64,000 nucleotides of DNA from Lama glama (lineage: Eukaryota): positions 2,542,001 to 2,606,000 of the forward strand of contig CM052819.1 of assembly GCA_028534125.1 (NCBI GenBank). Direction: 5' to 3'. Within the stretch, counting starts at the first letter, position 1; every line of letters starts with the position of its first letter. The notes beneath the pieces were generated by a model. The model searched no databases and had not been told where the DNA came from. It was given only the letters and a program-made list of their open reading frames with translations. This document shows positions 63,196 to 64,000 of this stretch, in pieces. The translations under genes and the position numbers were made by a program.

Positions 63196-63639
63196 AAGGG
63201 GTGGGGGGAGAAGACTGGGAGCGGGGCGGGTTTCATGTCTACATCACCAGTATTCTATATTCTCCTCAATCTGCAATCACTTTACAGGAATTTTTTAAGC
63301 CATGTGTGTATTTCATGATGGCTAACTTAGTGAAAACTGTAAGAAACGATCCACAAATCCACTTCCCTGAGTTCTCAATTGAAAGTGCTCCTATGAACTC
63401 AGCCTTCCTCTGGACCCCACCTGGACAGGGGACCTCTGACGCCTGCACCCAGCCAGGGCACCAGCTTCAATCTGGATGCTAAATATTAGCGATGCATACT
63501 TTCTCTCCTCATTTTCCAATATAAATTAACACACATAGAAGCCTCAGTTCTCTTTCAACATGGGTATGTCTCTCCCACTTTGACAACCACTGGTCCCGAT
63601 AGTACCTAGAATTTTCAGAATAATCACAAAGCTCTAAAA

Positions 63640-64000
63640 TAAAAAACTGACTTCCAAAAGTAATACTGAACTCTATGTTCTAAAAACTCACAGTAGAAAT
63701 TCTTCTCAGAGTAATATGTAAATGAAACTACAATTTCAACAGGGTTTACTGGGAACTGGAGAAAATAACTTTCTACTGTACTTGGAAAAATCAATATGCA
63801 CAAGTCACCAAGATCCCTAAAAAGAAGAATGCCTGACTGGATACTAACACGCACCACAAATCCATTGCCATCCAAATAGAATGTAATTTAGCACAAAAAT
63901 CAATACATAGATCAAAGAAACAACAAAGAATGGGGAATAAATTAGGGTATATACAGAAATCCAACCTATGATAAAGATGGCATTCCACTCTGCGGCAAAG
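63640..64000 (+). mobile_element. Old L1M ORF2 fragment running off the window end
   Basis: A-rich decayed ORF2 text (TACATAGATCAAAG, TATGATAAAGATGGCATT). Confidence 0.6.

Larger units (their letters stand above)
1..64000 (-). other. RFTN1: RFTN1 (raftlin) gene body, partial: 4 internal coding exons plus introns; the gene extends beyond both window ends
   Basis: Four exons splice in frame into a peptide matching recalled mammalian raftlin; neither the start-codon exon nor the stop-codon exon is in the window. Confidence 0.96.

Noticed and set aside
1-64000. CRISPR array, prokaryotic operon, viral or horizontally transferred insert
   Set aside because: No regularly spaced repeats, gene-dense segment or compositional break; everything fits a mammalian intron landscape

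Overview
Mammalian genomic DNA, very likely a camelid (Camelus/Vicugna/Lama), judged from 14 copies of a tRNA-Ala(AGC)-derived SINE matching the camelid Vic-1 family and from cetartiodactyl-type L1 3' ends. The whole window lies inside RFTN1 (raftlin) on the minus strand. Four internal coding exons are present: 50039-50147, 20141-20471, 13035-13238 and 2959-3074 (exons 4-7 by human numbering as I recall it). All have GT-AG boundaries and their phases join into one open frame. The rest is intron filled with SINEs, truncated L1s, L2/MIR, hAT MITEs and solo LTRs, several of them nested. I see no evidence of a new gene or an undescribed biological system. The best leads are a MER41-like solo LTR with overlapping STAT-type and NF-kB sites inside this immune gene, a candidate L1 3' transduction, closely spaced inverted repeats (dsRNA or circRNA potential), and an exon 5 about 18 codons shorter than in human. 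Repeat family names come from recalled consensus sequences, not a Dfam/RepeatMasker run, and edges of old repeats are approximate.
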